Positions 36,463-45,709 of a stretch of 55,269 bases of DNA are shown one piece after another. The notes below the pieces were generated by a model. It saw only the letters and a list, made by a program, of their open reading frames with translations. It had not been told where the DNA came from and did no database searches. A program made the translations under genes and the position numbers. The DNA is from Flavobacteriales bacterium (GTDB lineage: Bacteria; Bacteroidota; Bacteroidia; Flavobacteriales_G; NORP312): the NCBI GenBank assembly GCA_018669945.1, contig JABHTA010000026.1, positions 1-55,269 on the forward strand, given 5' to 3'. Position 1 is the first letter of the stretch. Each line of letters starts with the position of its first letter.

Positions 36463-36873
36463 ATGAAGACCATTTTAATCAACTTACTCGCAGTAATGCT
36501 TGGTTTTATAGTTGGTAGCTTCGTTAATATGGGCGTCCTAGAATTAGGTCCGATGCTTATCCCCAATCCTGAAGGATTCGATAATTCTTCCATGGAAACT
36601 CTCGCTGCTACACTCCATTTACTTAACCCTATAAACTATATTACCGTGTTTTTAGCTCACAGTCTTGGAGCCCTCGTCGGTGCAGCTGTGGCTTCTCTAA
36701 TAGCCGCGAATCGAAAGCTGCTATTCGCCTTAGTTGTCGGGGTTTTATTCTTAACGGCCGGACTCTATATGTCTTTCTCCTTACCTTCGCCTAATTGGTA
36801 TATTATAGTTGATTCACTTGGAGCATACATACCAATGAGTTTGATCGCCTGGAAATTAACTGGAAGCAAATAA
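36463..36873 (+). CDS. small integral membrane protein (about 4 TM), function unknown
   Basis: 136-aa hydrophobic ORF, 11 nt after the fdhA stop. Confidence 0.55.
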   Translation: MKTILINLLAVMLGFIVGSFVNMGVLELGPMLIPNPEGFDNSSMETLAATLHLLNPINYITVFLAHSLGALVGAAVASLIAANRKLLFALVVGVLFLTAGLYMSFSLPSPNWYIIVDSLGAYIPMSLIAWKLTGSK

Positions 36874-36874
36874 A

Positions 36875-37462
36875 TTGGATACATTTTTCCAAATTATCAA
36901 TACAGACCTCTATCTAATCGATCAGATTCTAAAGGGTAGATTCGATCATACCAAAAGTGTGCTAGATGTCGGTTGTGGAACTGGAAGTAACTTACCTTAT
37001 TTTTTACATGGTGATTTTGAAGTTTTTGGGATTGATTCAGATGAAAAACAGATTAACGAATTAATTCATAATAAACGGGTTAATAGAGCCAATTTTAAAG
37101 TGGCTAGGGCTGATAATATTCCTTTCAATAATATAGAGTTTGATCTAATAATCTGTAATGCTCTGCTTCATTTTGCTAACGACAAGGAACACTTCGAAAG
37201 AATGCTACAATCTATGTGGAATCGATTAGAACAGGGTGGAATACTATTTATGCGTTTAGCATCAAATATTGGTATTGAGCCACTTATTGAGCCAATGGGA
37301 AATGGAAAATACGCCTTGCCTGATGGCACTATAAGGTATCTGGTTGACCAAAATGAATTACTTAAATATACTGAAAATATGAATGCGACATTAGTTGAGA
37401 AAATCAAAACAACCAACGTGCAAGACATGCGCTGCATGACTACTTGGATTCTTAAAAAGTAA
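36875..37462 (+). CDS. class I SAM-dependent methyltransferase
   Basis: Motif I VLDVGCGTGSN. It has a TTG start 1 nt after the upstream stop, and there is no in-frame ATG before the motif. Confidence 0.75.
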   Translation: MDTFFQIINTDLYLIDQILKGRFDHTKSVLDVGCGTGSNLPYFLHGDFEVFGIDSDEKQINELIHNKRVNRANFKVARADNIPFNNIEFDLIICNALLHFANDKEHFERMLQSMWNRLEQGGILFMRLASNIGIEPLIEPMGNGKYALPDGTIRYLVDQNELLKYTENMNATLVEKIKTTNVQDMRCMTTWILKK

Positions 37463-37666
37463 ATTATTTATCCTTTGGCTTAATAAATAAACACCTCTAA
37501 TTGATTTATTAGGTATATTATTCGTGTCGATAACTGTGTGCTACAAAGGCTATATGAGATGTTTCACAAGCTTCAAAATTTTTGACGGGATTACAGGTAA
37601 CACATAGTCAATATATATCAAAGGAAAAGATGGAATGAAACTCCGTGAGAACCATTATAGTTCTAT

Positions 37667-37674
37667 TACCTTTG
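37667..37674 (+). promoter_or_regulatory. Bacteroidota sigma-A -7 box (TACCTTTG)
   Basis: Exact TAnnTTTG match, 25 nt upstream of the tpx ATG. Confidence 0.3.
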
Positions 37675-37698
37675 GTAACTAAATTCTAAAATAATATC

Positions 37699-38196
37699 AT
37701 GGCGATTATAACTTTAAAAGGAAACGAAATAAATACATCAGGGTCATTGCCTTTGATAGGAGAAAAGCTTCACAACTTTTCCCTTGTAGCTGTTGATCTC
37801 TCTACGAAAACTTTAACTGATTTTTCAGGAAATAAGTTGGTGTTAAATATTTACCCTAGTGTCGACACAGGTACTTGTGCTGCCTCAACAAGAAAATTCA
37901 ACGAGCTAGCCTCGTCTGTCAGCAACACAAAAGTATTGTGCATTTCCAGAGACTTGCCCTTTGCTCAAAACCGTTTTTGCGGTGCCGAAAATTTAGAAAA
38001 TGTCATAATGCTATCTGATTTTAATGCCGGTAAATTCGGAACAGATAATGGCCTTCAGATTACAAACGGACCACTAGCCGGTTTGCACTCCCGTTGTGTT
38101 ATAGTAATTGATGAAAACAATACAATTCTGTACACTGAACAAGTATCCGAAATCGTTGATGAGCCAAATTATGATGCTGCTCTTGCTGCACTTTAA
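37699..38196 (+). CDS. tpx: thiol peroxidase (atypical 2-Cys peroxiredoxin)
   Basis: YPSVDTGTCAAS carries the peroxidatic Cys and LPFAQNRFCGAE the resolving Cys. Confidence 0.9.
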   Translation: MAIITLKGNEINTSGSLPLIGEKLHNFSLVAVDLSTKTLTDFSGNKLVLNIYPSVDTGTCAASTRKFNELASSVSNTKVLCISRDLPFAQNRFCGAENLENVIMLSDFNAGKFGTDNGLQITNGPLAGLHSRCVIVIDENNTILYTEQVSEIVDEPNYDAALAAL

Positions 38197-38831
38197 TGAA
38201 AGTAGTTTCCACGAATATTGCTGAATCGCGAACCATTCTAAAAAACGGAAAAGAGGTTAAAACAGGAATCTATAAACTACCTACCGACAAGGGTATATTT
38301 CTTGGCAAAACAGACGTAAGACATGACGCTGTTATTGACAGGAAATTTCATGGAGGAGAAGACAAAGCGTGCTATTTATATTCAGCGGATCACTATCCGT
38401 TTTGGAAAGCACAATACCCAAAACTAGATTGGCATTTAGGAATGTTTGGCGAAAACCTAACTGTTAAAGGATTAGATGAATCTAAAATTCGAGTAGGTGA
38501 CACCTTTGAAGTTGGTAAAGCTATTATTCAGGTCTCTGAGCCGCGCAGACCATGTTCAATTCTTGCTATTCGTTTTAACGACAATGGGTTAGTGAAGAAA
38601 TTCATGAACACCCCTTATCCCGGGATTTATGTGCGTGTTTTACAACAGGGGTTGATAAAATCTAATGATTGTCTGAAACAGCTTAACACAGCAAGTGAAA
38701 GCTTAACGATAAATGACATTTATTCCATTTTTTCAGAGAATAAGAGCAACTTTGACTTGATTAAACTAGCATTACGCGAACCATATCTTTCAGAAGACTG
38801 TAAAAACAGTATTAGAAAGCGATTGAAATAA
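38196..38831 (+). CDS. MOSC domain-containing protein (YiiM-like)
   Basis: HGGEDKA, GENLTV.GL, the conserved Cys in EPRRPCS, and a C-terminal 3-alpha-helix region. TAATG overlap with tpx. Confidence 0.8.
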   Translation: MKVVSTNIAESRTILKNGKEVKTGIYKLPTDKGIFLGKTDVRHDAVIDRKFHGGEDKACYLYSADHYPFWKAQYPKLDWHLGMFGENLTVKGLDESKIRVGDTFEVGKAIIQVSEPRRPCSILAIRFNDNGLVKKFMNTPYPGIYVRVLQQGLIKSNDCLKQLNTASESLTINDIYSIFSENKSNFDLIKLALREPYLSEDCKNSIRKRLK

Positions 38832-38844
38832 CTCCAAGAAGAAA

Positions 38845-39621
38845 CTAACTTACCGCTTGCTTTACTTTCAAAATCTTTTCAAGAATAGGTTCAAGCTTAT
38901 CCAGTTGAAGCATTGTATGCGGGTCACTTTTTGCTGATTTAGGGTCTGGATGTACTTCAAAGAAAAACCCTGAAGCTCCTGTTGCAGCAGCTGATAAAGC
39001 AATCGTTTCTATTAGTGATGGGTCGCCACCTGTTACACCCGCTGTCTGATTCGGTTTTTGAACCGAATGAGTGCAGTCCATTACAACCGGGACACCATGC
39101 TCAGCCAGCTTATGAATAGCTGTCGCATCTACTACCAAGTCGCTGTAACCAAAACTAAAACCCCTCTCAGTCAACCAAACTTTTTGATTACCGGTACTTT
39201 TAACCTTTTCTACTGCAAAGACCATTGAATCAGGGGATACAAATTGTCCTTTTTTTATGTTTACTCCAAGCCCCGTTTTTCCAGCAGCCAACAACAAATC
39301 TGTTTGTCTACACAAAAAGGCAGGTATCTGAAGGTGATTAACGTAAGGGGCCACTTTCGCTGGCTCATAACTTTCGTGAACATCCGTTATTGTTTCCACT
39401 CCGAATTTTTCGCCAACTGCTTGAATAATTTTTAACGCCTTCTCATCTCCAATACCTGTAAAGCTGTCTAATCGGGAGCGATTCGCTTTACGATAACTAC
39501 CTTTAAAGATATATTCAATGCCTAACCTATCGCAAATACCTTTTACTTTTTCGGCAATAAAAAAAGGCAATTCCTTGTCCTCTATTGCACAAGGGCCTGC
39601 TATCAAAAATGTCTTACTCAT
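38845..39621 (-). CDS. kdsA: 3-deoxy-8-phosphooctulonate synthase
   Basis: AGPCAIE, FKGSYRKANRS and DCTHSVQ motifs. Confidence 0.9.
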   Translation of the reverse strand: MSKTFLIAGPCAIEDKELPFFIAEKVKGICDRLGIEYIFKGSYRKANRSRLDSFTGIGDEKALKIIQAVGEKFGVETITDVHESYEPAKVAPYVNHLQIPAFLCRQTDLLLAAGKTGLGVNIKKGQFVSPDSMVFAVEKVKSTGNQKVWLTERGFSFGYSDLVVDATAIHKLAEHGVPVVMDCTHSVQKPNQTAGVTGGDPSLIETIALSAAATGASGFFFEVHPDPKSAKSDPHTMLQLDKLEPILEKILKVKQAVS

Positions 39622-40213
39622 CTCCTCTCGCTTTTTGTCCTAAATAACCACTATGATGCCGCTGAGCATATTGCTCTTTTGTATATCCAATTTTCTCCAT
39701 AAGCAAGACAACCAGCACATCTCCAACAATGGTCATTACCGTTGTAGAAGTTGTAGGTGTAAGCCCAAGTGGGCATATTTCCTTGGGGTTTCCTGTATGC
39801 AGGCAAACATCTGAATACTTTGCTAAATCGCAGTCTGAACTTCCTGTGATAAGAATTACCTTAATATTCGGGTAAACTCTTTTTATCAATGTATCAAACT
39901 CAACAATTTCTCTTGTTTTACCTGAATTCGAAATGAGAACGAGAATGTCATTTTCCTGAACTAATCCCATGTCTCCATGTTGCGCTTCACTTGGATGAAT
40001 AAATACCGATGGAGTTCCTGTGGAGCATAATGTTGTTGATATGTTGTGCCCTATTTGACCAGCTTTCCCCATACCGCTAACCACAACTTTTCCCTTATTT
40101 ATCTGAACCTGTGTATAGATTAACTCCACCGCTTTTTCAACCACTCCATCAATAGGAATGTTTTGAATCGCCTCCATTTCTTTAGCTATTAGTTCTTTTA
40201 TCTTACTCTTCAA
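39614..40213 (-). CDS. kdsD: arabinose-5-phosphate isomerase-like protein, SIS domain only
   Basis: VVVSGMGKAGQIGHNISTTL..PSEAQHGDMG..LISNSGKT match the KdsD/KpsF SIS domain. There are no CBS domains. TTG start at 40213 is assumed. Confidence 0.75.
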   Translation of the reverse strand: MKSKIKELIAKEMEAIQNIPIDGVVEKAVELIYTQVQINKGKVVVSGMGKAGQIGHNISTTLCSTGTPSVFIHPSEAQHGDMGLVQENDILVLISNSGKTREIVEFDTLIKRVYPNIKVILITGSSDCDLAKYSDVCLHTGNPKEICPLGLTPTTSTTVMTIVGDVLVVLLMEKIGYTKEQYAQRHHSGYLGQKARGDE

Positions 40214-40240
40214 AACGTCATGATTTGCGATAAATGTAAC

Positions 40241-40975
40241 CTATTTCTGTTGTATTAATTGTCTTACTCGTTCCAAATCTTCAATGGTATCAACAGCAAT
40301 TGTTCGGTGTTTCGTTATCCCCACACGAATTTTATTGCCATTTTCTAACCAACGTAGTTGTTCCAAGCTCTCTGCTTTTTCGCATGTTGTTTGCTCCATT
40401 TTAGAGAACTCAACCAACGCTTTAGGCGTATATGCATACATGCCAACATGCTTATAAAACTGGTGTGTTTTATCCCATTCATTGCGCTCTATTCCATGCA
40501 TGTGAGGAATAACAGAACGGCTAAACCAGCTTGCATTCAAATTCTTGTCTAATGCCACGTATACTCCGTTTCCGTCTCTTAGTTCTTCTGCATTTGGAAA
40601 TACAAGTGTTGCAAAATCAACAGTCTTATCGTCAAAGCAATTTACAATTTCATCTAGTTGTTGCGGTTCTAATAGTGGTTCGTCTCCTTGTATATTAACA
40701 ACAACATCAGCTTCAATTTTAGAGTTTTGGTACGCTTCTAAACACCTGCTTGTTCCTGTCGTATGTTCTGCCGCTGTCATGGTAACTTGACCTCCGAAAG
40801 CTTTTACAGCGTCAGCTATTCGTTGGTCATCTGTAGCTACAAGAACATTCCCCAAAGCTATTTTGGCTTGCTCATAAACCCTTTGAATCATGGGCTTTCC
40901 GAAAATATCAGCCAATGGTTTGCCCTCCAATCTGGTGGATAGATAACGAGCCGGTATGATTCCTAGTACTTTCAT
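40241..40975 (-). CDS. kdsB: 3-deoxy-manno-octulosonate cytidylyltransferase
   Basis: GIIPARYLSTRLEGKPL and NIQGDEPL motifs. Confidence 0.9.
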   Translation of the reverse strand: MKVLGIIPARYLSTRLEGKPLADIFGKPMIQRVYEQAKIALGNVLVATDDQRIADAVKAFGGQVTMTAAEHTTGTSRCLEAYQNSKIEADVVVNIQGDEPLLEPQQLDEIVNCFDDKTVDFATLVFPNAEELRDGNGVYVALDKNLNASWFSRSVIPHMHGIERNEWDKTHQFYKHVGMYAYTPKALVEFSKMEQTTCEKAESLEQLRWLENGNKIRVGITKHRTIAVDTIEDLERVRQLIQQK

Positions 40976-41476
40976 TTAATTAAACACAACCTTGTCATCA
41001 ACCTTTGCGCGTGACAAAACAAAACTATTTGTTACTCCTTTTATTGTAAGATTTACACGATTTGTTTGTCCGTGGTATTCATTTATAAAAACTGTGCTTT
41101 TGACTTTAAGAGATTGGATATCTGCAACGTCTTTTATTTCTATATAGCACCAAGTTTCTCCTTCTTCTACTTCCTTACCTAAATAAAGTTGTGTCGTAAT
41201 TTCATCGTTTAAAACAACACTAAAATGCTTCTCAAGATACTTTTGAATATACTCGTCTGCTTTTCCAGTTTCATTTTTTTCACCTAAAAATAACCGCTCA
41301 GCACCTTGCTCTTCAAGAACAAATTCAACGTCTTCGGTTATTAACTTAATCGCAATTTCGATAGCGTTTGTTTTTTCGTTGTAATCAATTTGAGTAATGC
41401 TAACGTGGTACCCGTGAGACCAGCTCGAAAATGAGGTCCCAAAAAGCAAGAGAAAAGTTCCGAAAAGTAGTCTCAT
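40976..41476 (-). CDS. secreted hypothetical protein (DUF6702-like)
   Basis: The signal peptide is followed by HGYHVSITQIDYNEKTNAIEIAIKL. The stop directly abuts the kdsB ATG. Confidence 0.55.
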   Translation of the reverse strand: MRLLFGTFLLLFGTSFSSWSHGYHVSITQIDYNEKTNAIEIAIKLITEDVEFVLEEQGAERLFLGEKNETGKADEYIQKYLEKHFSVVLNDEITTQLYLGKEVEEGETWCYIEIKDVADIQSLKVKSTVFINEYHGQTNRVNLTIKGVTNSFVLSRAKVDDKVVFN

Positions 41477-41538
41477 ATTGTCCTTTTTTAGGGTTCCTCA
41501 TTTCGATTACACTTCATCAGGAACGACACTCACATTTA

Positions 41539-43887
41539 TTATTCTGCAGCCTTTTCTTCAGCGCGTTTAGCTTTTTGCATCTTGTTCTCCGTTTCAGAAA
41601 CCGCTCCTCTTCTTCCGTATTTACTCGACTTATAAACTTCAAAACGGCTTTTCTGTATCATTCGCGGCCAGTTGTTATTTGAAACATCAACATCTGCTGT
41701 CTCTAAATATGGGTCCATCGAAACGATCGTCACTTCCTTTTTAAACACAAAAACCTTAGAAACAGATTCTGCGTTAAATCTCCAGACTTCAGCTGGAATA
41801 TATTGTTTTTCTTTACTTCCGTCAGAAAAAGTAAATTCGACAATTATCGGCATAGGTAATCCGCCAAGGTTTGAGAATTCGACTTGATAATAATTATACC
41901 CCATATTTATGAGAGCCTTTTCCTCATCGTCTAATTTCGCAAGGTATTTTTCGTATGCCTCTATATCTAAAACAGATACCTCGAACGGGTCATACTTGCT
42001 ATAAAAATCGTTTGCATTAGGGTCCCTTTCAACTTCAGTTTTCGGAATCGCAGTGTCATTTCTTATTGTTCCAATAAAACGCGGCTCATTCTCTTTTTCC
42101 GTTTTTAATAGTCCCTTTTCAACATCAGGATTCTTTGTGTCGAGCCTAAACCAAATCATGTTGTCAATAGAAAGATCAACGTGCTCCGTCCCGTAAAACC
42201 ATCCTCTCCAAAACCAGTCTAAATCAGTTCCTGAAGCGTCTTCCATTGTCCTAAAAAAGTCAGCTGGAGTGGGGTGTTTAAACATCCAACGGTTACAATA
42301 TTCGGTAAACGCGTAATCAAACAATTCCCTTCCCAAAATTGTTTCGCGAAGAATAACTAAGGCTGTGGCGGGTTTACCATACGCGTTATTTCCAAATTGA
42401 AAAATCGATTCAGAATTAGTCATTATCGGAGAAATGTTACCCTTATCTCCTTTCATATAATCAACAATTTTAGCTGGAGGCCCTCTTCTCGTTGGGAATT
42501 CGCTATCCCATTCGCTTTCCGCCATTGACTGAACAAAAGAATTTAGTCCTTCATCCATCCAAGTCCATTGACGCTCGTCAGAGTTTATAATCATAGGAAA
42601 GAAATTATGTCCGACTTCATGAATAATTACCCCAATCATTCCGTTTTTTGTTCGTTCGGAATACGTTCCGTCTGGTTCAGGTCTTCCATAGTTAAAACAA
42701 ATCATTGGATACTCCATTCCGTTCCATTTACTATGCACAGAAATTGCTACTGGATATGGGTAATCGAAAGTATGTTTCGAATAGGATTTAACGGTATGCG
42801 CAACTACTCGTGTTGAATACTGTCCCCATAAAGGGTTGCCTTCTTTCGGGTAAAACGACATCGCCATAGTAGTAGATCCATCGTCTAGCTTAACGCCTAT
42901 TGCATCCCAAATAAACTTTCTTGAAGATGCAAAAGCAAAATCTCTAACGTTCGTTGCGTGAAAAATCCACGTTTTTGTCTTAGTGGCCTTTTGTTTCTCA
43001 GCAGCTTCAGCTTCTTCTTGTGTCACTATCAAGACTGGTTCACTTGCCGTTTTTGCCGTTTTTAATCTGGCTTGTTGTTCTTTTGTAAGAACGGAACTAG
43101 CATTCTGCAATGTTCCAGTAGACCCAATGATATGATCTGCTGGTGCAGTAATATTTACCTTGTAATCTCCAAAGGGTAATGTGAATTCACCTCTACCTAA
43201 AAACTGCTTATTTTGCCATCCTTCAACATCATTATAAACAGCCATTCTAGGGAAAAATTGAGCAATTGTATAAACTAAGTTATCACCTTCTTCGAAATGC
43301 TCAAAACCTGATCTGCCTCCAATTTTAATTCGATTGTTAATATTGTACCACCACTTAATCCTGAATGAATATGATGCCCCTGGTTTTAAAGCCTTAGGCA
43401 AATCTACTCGCATCATGGTTTTATTTACAACATAAGGAAGGTCGGCACCACTAGCATCTTTTACGTAATCTAATTTAAACCCGCCATCAAAATCGTTATG
43501 AAGTTTCTTGAGATTCTTCGCATCCATTCTTCCATTGTTAATAGAATTTGTGGCAATGGCTTTGGTTTCAGAATCTTTCGCCCGCATATTTTGATCCAAC
43601 TGAACCCATAAGTAGGTTAGTACATCTGGAGAGTTGTTTTTATATGTTATCGTTTCTTCCCCTTTAAGCGTTTGCTTCTCGTCGTCAAGTATTACGCTTA
43701 TTTGATAATCCGCTTTTTGCTGATAGTACTCGTGTCCTGGGGCTCCTGAAGCTGTTCGGTAAACATTTGGCGTAGCAAGCTCTTGCTTTAATTGCCGGAA
43801 ATCGTTTTCGTTAATGCCTCCCTCTTGGGCGAACAATCCATTCAGAATAAGTATAAGAGAGATAAAAATTACAAACTCCTTTTTCAT
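41539..43887 (-). CDS. M1 family metallopeptidase
   Basis: HEVGHNFF...WMDEGLNSF (HExxH-18-E) plus an N-terminal signal peptide. The ATG at 43887 is preferred over the TTG at 43896. Confidence 0.85.
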   Translation of the reverse strand: MKKEFVIFISLILILNGLFAQEGGINENDFRQLKQELATPNVYRTASGAPGHEYYQQKADYQISVILDDEKQTLKGEETITYKNNSPDVLTYLWVQLDQNMRAKDSETKAIATNSINNGRMDAKNLKKLHNDFDGGFKLDYVKDASGADLPYVVNKTMMRVDLPKALKPGASYSFRIKWWYNINNRIKIGGRSGFEHFEEGDNLVYTIAQFFPRMAVYNDVEGWQNKQFLGRGEFTLPFGDYKVNITAPADHIIGSTGTLQNASSVLTKEQQARLKTAKTASEPVLIVTQEEAEAAEKQKATKTKTWIFHATNVRDFAFASSRKFIWDAIGVKLDDGSTTMAMSFYPKEGNPLWGQYSTRVVAHTVKSYSKHTFDYPYPVAISVHSKWNGMEYPMICFNYGRPEPDGTYSERTKNGMIGVIIHEVGHNFFPMIINSDERQWTWMDEGLNSFVQSMAESEWDSEFPTRRGPPAKIVDYMKGDKGNISPIMTNSESIFQFGNNAYGKPATALVILRETILGRELFDYAFTEYCNRWMFKHPTPADFFRTMEDASGTDLDWFWRGWFYGTEHVDLSIDNMIWFRLDTKNPDVEKGLLKTEKENEPRFIGTIRNDTAIPKTEVERDPNANDFYSKYDPFEVSVLDIEAYEKYLAKLDDEEKALINMGYNYYQVEFSNLGGLPMPIIVEFTFSDGSKEKQYIPAEVWRFNAESVSKVFVFKKEVTIVSMDPYLETADVDVSNNNWPRMIQKSRFEVYKSSKYGRRGAVSETENKMQKAKRAEEKAAE

Positions 43888-43910
43888 AAACCTCAATATT
43901 AAGAGAGCTT

Positions 43911-43918
43911 CAAAGGTA
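43911..43918 (-). promoter_or_regulatory. Bacteroidota sigma-A -7 box (TACCTTTG on the minus strand)
   Basis: The plus strand reads CAAAGGTA. It lies 24 nt upstream of the ATG at 43887. Confidence 0.3.
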
Positions 43919-43949
43919 AGTTTTTAGAAAGGAAAAAAAAGCCCGAATA

Positions 43950-44831
43950 TCAATGGCGATTACCGCTCAGCATACTTTTGTAAAGAACGTACTGATCTTC
44001 TTCGTGCAAAGAAAAATATATTCCTGTAAGCCCCGCTATTGGTTCACTCATTGTAGGATTCAAATCATGAGCCCTTTTCATGTAGGGTAAGGATTCGAAG
44101 AATAATTTAACACATTCTGTTTGCAGCTTATCAACTTCAAACAAGTCTACATCATAGTCCATCGCCTTAATAATACTAACGGCTCGGTTATAAACTAAAA
44201 TTCCTAGGTTGTAATTTGCATTCCAGTTATCAGAATCTTGCAGTACTATTTCTTGATAGATAGTTTTCGCACTGCTGTAGTGCTTTTGATACAATATTCG
44301 ATCTGACTCATACATTGCCATAAAACCGTTAGCCAATGCTAACTGGTATTTAATATCTTGTTCTCCGAATTGTTTGTTTGGCTCAATAAACAAATATGCT
44401 TGTTTGTACTTTTCATAATTCGTCTGAGAATATCCGAATTCCCCATTATGCAGGTCGTTAACCGCATTATTGTAATAAGTAGAAACCAAGTATTTCCCCA
44501 TTTTTGTAGCAGAAGATTTAAATTGCTCCGAATTATCAAGCAACATAAAGTGCTGAAGCGCGGCTATCGACTCATCTCTATGCGCAGAGAATCGATCTGA
44601 TTTTTCTTTTTCTATATACAACTCTTTATAAATGTATATTCTGTAGTACCAAGTCTCTGGAAGAATAGCAGTTGTATGATGATTAGTGGCAGCATCTATG
44701 TGAGTTTTTGCCTTCATGAATTTTTTTGAAGTTAATGCCTCCACAGCCAAACTTAACTCCTGCTCTTGTGCAAAAAGTGTAGCTCCCAAAAAAAAGGCAA
44801 CTATTAACGCTATTATTGGATTCTTAATCAT
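43950..44831 (-). CDS. secreted hypothetical helical (TPR-like) protein
   Basis: 293-aa ORF with signal peptide MIKNPIIALIVAFFLGATLFAQ. I recognise no catalytic motif. Confidence 0.55.
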   Translation of the reverse strand: MIKNPIIALIVAFFLGATLFAQEQELSLAVEALTSKKFMKAKTHIDAATNHHTTAILPETWYYRIYIYKELYIEKEKSDRFSAHRDESIAALQHFMLLDNSEQFKSSATKMGKYLVSTYYNNAVNDLHNGEFGYSQTNYEKYKQAYLFIEPNKQFGEQDIKYQLALANGFMAMYESDRILYQKHYSSAKTIYQEIVLQDSDNWNANYNLGILVYNRAVSIIKAMDYDVDLFEVDKLQTECVKLFFESLPYMKRAHDLNPTMSEPIAGLTGIYFSLHEEDQYVLYKSMLSGNRH

Positions 44832-45085
44832 CTTAAAATCAACCGCTTTACAATGACATCATTCCTATTTTTACAGTTAAAAGTTTAACCAAAGTCTTTT
44901 ACGATAGGTGGAATTTAAAGTTTCCATTCTTTTTTCCCTAATTGACTTATCAAGTTTTATAAAGCGCCTTATCAAAAGTAAAGTAAGAAAATCAGAATTG
45001 CAACTGTCGAATGACCAAATTATTGTTAACCTAAATGAGTTTTTTAGACCTCCTTTCTTTAATCCTTATTGGCGATCTATTTTAA

Positions 45086-45685
45086 TTATCTAACTACCGT
45101 AACAGTGCCTATAAACTCTGCCGGATCTTTTTTGTCAGAAGCTCCTATTTGTTTAGCAAAAGCTTTCCATACATAAGAATCGTTTGGTGCTAATTTGTTT
45201 GATTGTTTAATTGTTCCATCCCAAGCTTCATGGAAGTCGGTTGTATAAAATATTCGCTCTCCCCAACGGCTGTAGATAAATAATTCGAAACTAGTTTCAT
45301 CTACTCCAACACCTTGCAGTCTAAAGCCATCATTTACGTTGTCGTCATTTGGCGTAAACGCATTTGGAGCATATAATGCAAATGCAGGGTTAGTGTATAT
45401 GTCGAGCGTATCATAATCATGACAGCCTTGAGTATTTACAACATCAAGTGTTATTTCGTGCCAACCCGTATCAGAATAGAAATGTTCAGTTACAACACCA
45501 TAAGCTGTAGAAGCATCAAATGGATCATTGAAGTCCCATATATATAAACTATCTACTCCTAAAGAAGCAGTAGCATTAAGCTCTACTAAAGGATTAATCA
45601 ATGTCACATTATCCGGTGAGGTTGCGAAACTAGCAAGCGGACTAGCGTAAATGTCAATATAATCAATAAAAAAGCCCTTAAACAT
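45086..45685 (-). pseudogene. N-terminally truncated T9SS type-B cargo remnant (one PKD-like domain plus CTD, no signal peptide)
   Basis: YIWDFNDP..FYSDTGWHEITLDVVNTQGC is PKD-like. NAFTPNDDNVNDGF..IYSRWGERIF..AWDG..YVW..GTVTVVR is a type-B CTD. The only ATG lies in the loop of the tRNA-Ala terminator, and the frame is open upstream only until a stop inside the tRNA gene. Confidence 0.6.
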
Positions 45686-45699
45686 AAATATTAAGGGCC
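45668..45699 (-). terminator. rho-independent terminator after tRNA-Ala
   Basis: 8-bp stem GCCCTTAA/TTAAGGGC. On the minus strand it is followed by T6. Confidence 0.65.
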
Positions 45700-45709
45700 T
45701 TTTAACTTG

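Noticed and set aside
44908-45093. 61-aa plus-strand ORF in the spacer between two minus-strand genes
   Set aside because: It has an alternative (non-ATG) start, AT-rich low-complexity translation and no motif. It is most likely non-coding.
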